Assembly: GCA_043228905.1 (NCBI GenBank)
Contig: JBHGNT010000016.1
Location: forward strand, 13,020,001 to 13,084,000
Reading direction: 5' to 3'
Length of the DNA: 64,000 nucleotides
DNA from: Azolla caroliniana
Lineage: Eukaryota; Plantae; Polypodiophyta
The position numbers were made by a program, and so were the translations under genes. Numbering within the stretch: position 1 is the first letter of the stretch; each line of letters starts with the position of its first letter. The notes beneath the pieces are model-generated. The model was given only the letters and a program-made list of their open reading frames with translations, had not been told where the DNA came from and did no database searches. Below, one piece after another: positions 62,266-64,000 of this stretch.

Positions 62266-64000
62266 CATCTGAAGGGACCAAAAATGCAATTTTCTCATAG
62301 TGTGCGATTTACACTACGACACTCACCCCCTCCAAACCCGCACATCCTCTGGTATGTGCCGAAGTTGTCGGTGATTGTTAGTCTCGTTGCCAATCCCATT
62401 GCCGGTTCTGTTCGGTTGCAGGTTTCCAGTTGCTGGCTCCGCCTAGTCACCGGTTCTCGTAATTCTCCTTTACTCGTAGTACGCTCCGTTTCTCTCGCTA
62501 TGTCGACTTTGTCTCCCCATTTTGAGCATATCCATTCTTTCCACCCGAACCATTGTCGCCATCCAATCCACCATAATCTTCGTTCACTTTTTCCATGGCC
62601 ATGTCCGGTTGTCACGGCTCCTCGTGTTCCTCTTGAGCATAACCCTTCATGTCTTGTGCATGTGCCATGCTTCCCACTTTGTCCACCTTTGTCATATAAT
62701 CTCGCATTAGAGTTGTGAATCTTCATGTTATAGCCCTCCTTTGTCCAGATCTCTTCCTTGGTAACACCCTTCAAATCTGCTTGGCCATTGTCGTCTGTGG
62801 TAGTGTGCTTGTTTGGTGTCTTCCTCGTGTTCACCGATCTCGATTGCTTCGACCTCCATTTGAGTCGGATTACCTTCTTTCCGAATCGGTCTCGTCTGAT
62901 CGGTTTTCGGTTGGATCAACTTTCGATCGGATTCATATTTGGCCGAATCAGACTCAGTTGATCGGTTTTGACCGAGTCGGCCCTCGTCTGGGTCAGTTTC
63001 GATCTATTGGTTTCGGTTTCGGTTGGCTTTCTTTCGGATCAGAATTCCGTCCGGATCATCTTCCATCCCAACCGGCTTCCGACTTTACCTTTCTTGCCGC
63101 CACCTCCCGTCTCTCCGGTCTCACATTACTTCTCAGACACAACCGCCGAAGTCTCTAGGATTAGTGGGTAGGAATCCTCAGTATTATCGTTCTCCGTTGT
63201 TTCACCCATAGCCACCTTCTTGGTTATCTCTCCGTCGTATACATCGGCTTCGACCTTCATTTTCTCTCTGCCACCTTCCGTCTCTTCGGTCTCACGTTGC
63301 CTTTCGAACGCAACCGCGGAAATCTCTAGAACTAGTGGTGGGAAAGTCTTCATACGGCCATCCGCCATTGATTTGTCCATAGACACCTCCGATTCGATGT
63401 CATCTTTCGTGGCAACCTCCTCAATCAAGTCCGGCTCGCACTCTTTATCTCCCTCGATCATGCAAGCATCGATTATGCTTACCCCTTTTTCACCCGATGT
63501 TTCGGATACTTGTATTCCGAAACCTTCTTCCGTTCTTGAAGTGGTGTTCGCCACTCTCAAGTCATCGACCTTATCCTTGGCCGTCGTTCTTTTGCAAGAC
63601 AAGAGGATGCCTTGTTCCACACCCTCTCTCGTGGTACAATCGAATCGTACTTTGGCCTTCATATCAGCCACATCGTTCATCCTTAATCAATCATCCCTTA
63701 TAGGCCATGTTGTTGCCGACAATATTCTCGTCTTCCTCTTATCATATCTTCGGCATACTCTTTCGACTTCAGCCCAATCCTCAGTAAGGCCATTTGCACC
63801 GTCATCATCTTCAAGTTGCATCCCGATGTCCATCCTTTCTTTCTGATCGATCGATCTTACGAACATTAGGACTATATCCTCCCCCAACAATCTTTGTTCC
63901 CTCTCCGAGCGTTGAGCAAAATGATACTCAAACTCTAGGAATGCTTGTTTTTCACTTCAGTGGGTTTTCTCCGATACCACCCATTCATCGAGCTCGCGTT

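Larger units (their letters stand above)
60801..64000 (-). mobile_element. Element Q: non-autonomous Trp-family element (3' LTR 60801-62321, gag remnant), continuing beyond the window
   Basis: LMFVRSIDQKERMDIGMQLEDDDGANGLTEDW matches F gag; pre-LTR motif and PPT at 62322-62362; no pol between gag and PPT. Confidence 0.82.

Noticed and set aside
61951-62718. 255-aa hydrophobic ORF
   Set aside because: Translation of an LTR tandem repeat, antisense to the element

Overview
Plant nuclear DNA, probably a non-seed plant such as a fern (inferred from the divergent gene and retroelement lineages, not proven). One intact host gene, a six-exon TORTIFOLIA1/SPIRAL2 homologue (42288-48438, +, 958 aa), lies between two dense stacks of nested, decayed LTR retrotransposons (1-41326 and 51254-64000). 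These include Ty1/copia elements with a Met-i PBS, Athila-like Ty3/gypsy elements with a large extra 3' ORF, a tRNA-Trp-primed gypsy family (autonomous and pol-less members, 4-bp TSD) and several solo LTRs. The most notable signals are: (1) tRNA-like Pol III A-box/B-box modules in antisense orientation within the U3 regions of several unrelated LTR families; (2) a gypsy insertion whose TSD flanks two U3 ends because of a third, inverted LTR; (3) a conserved coiled-coil ORF3 with a shared IDW...LTVLxPP domain and a C-terminal LDILE(E/D) motif, in elements that have a hairpin where the PPT should be. All coordinates were read by eye.
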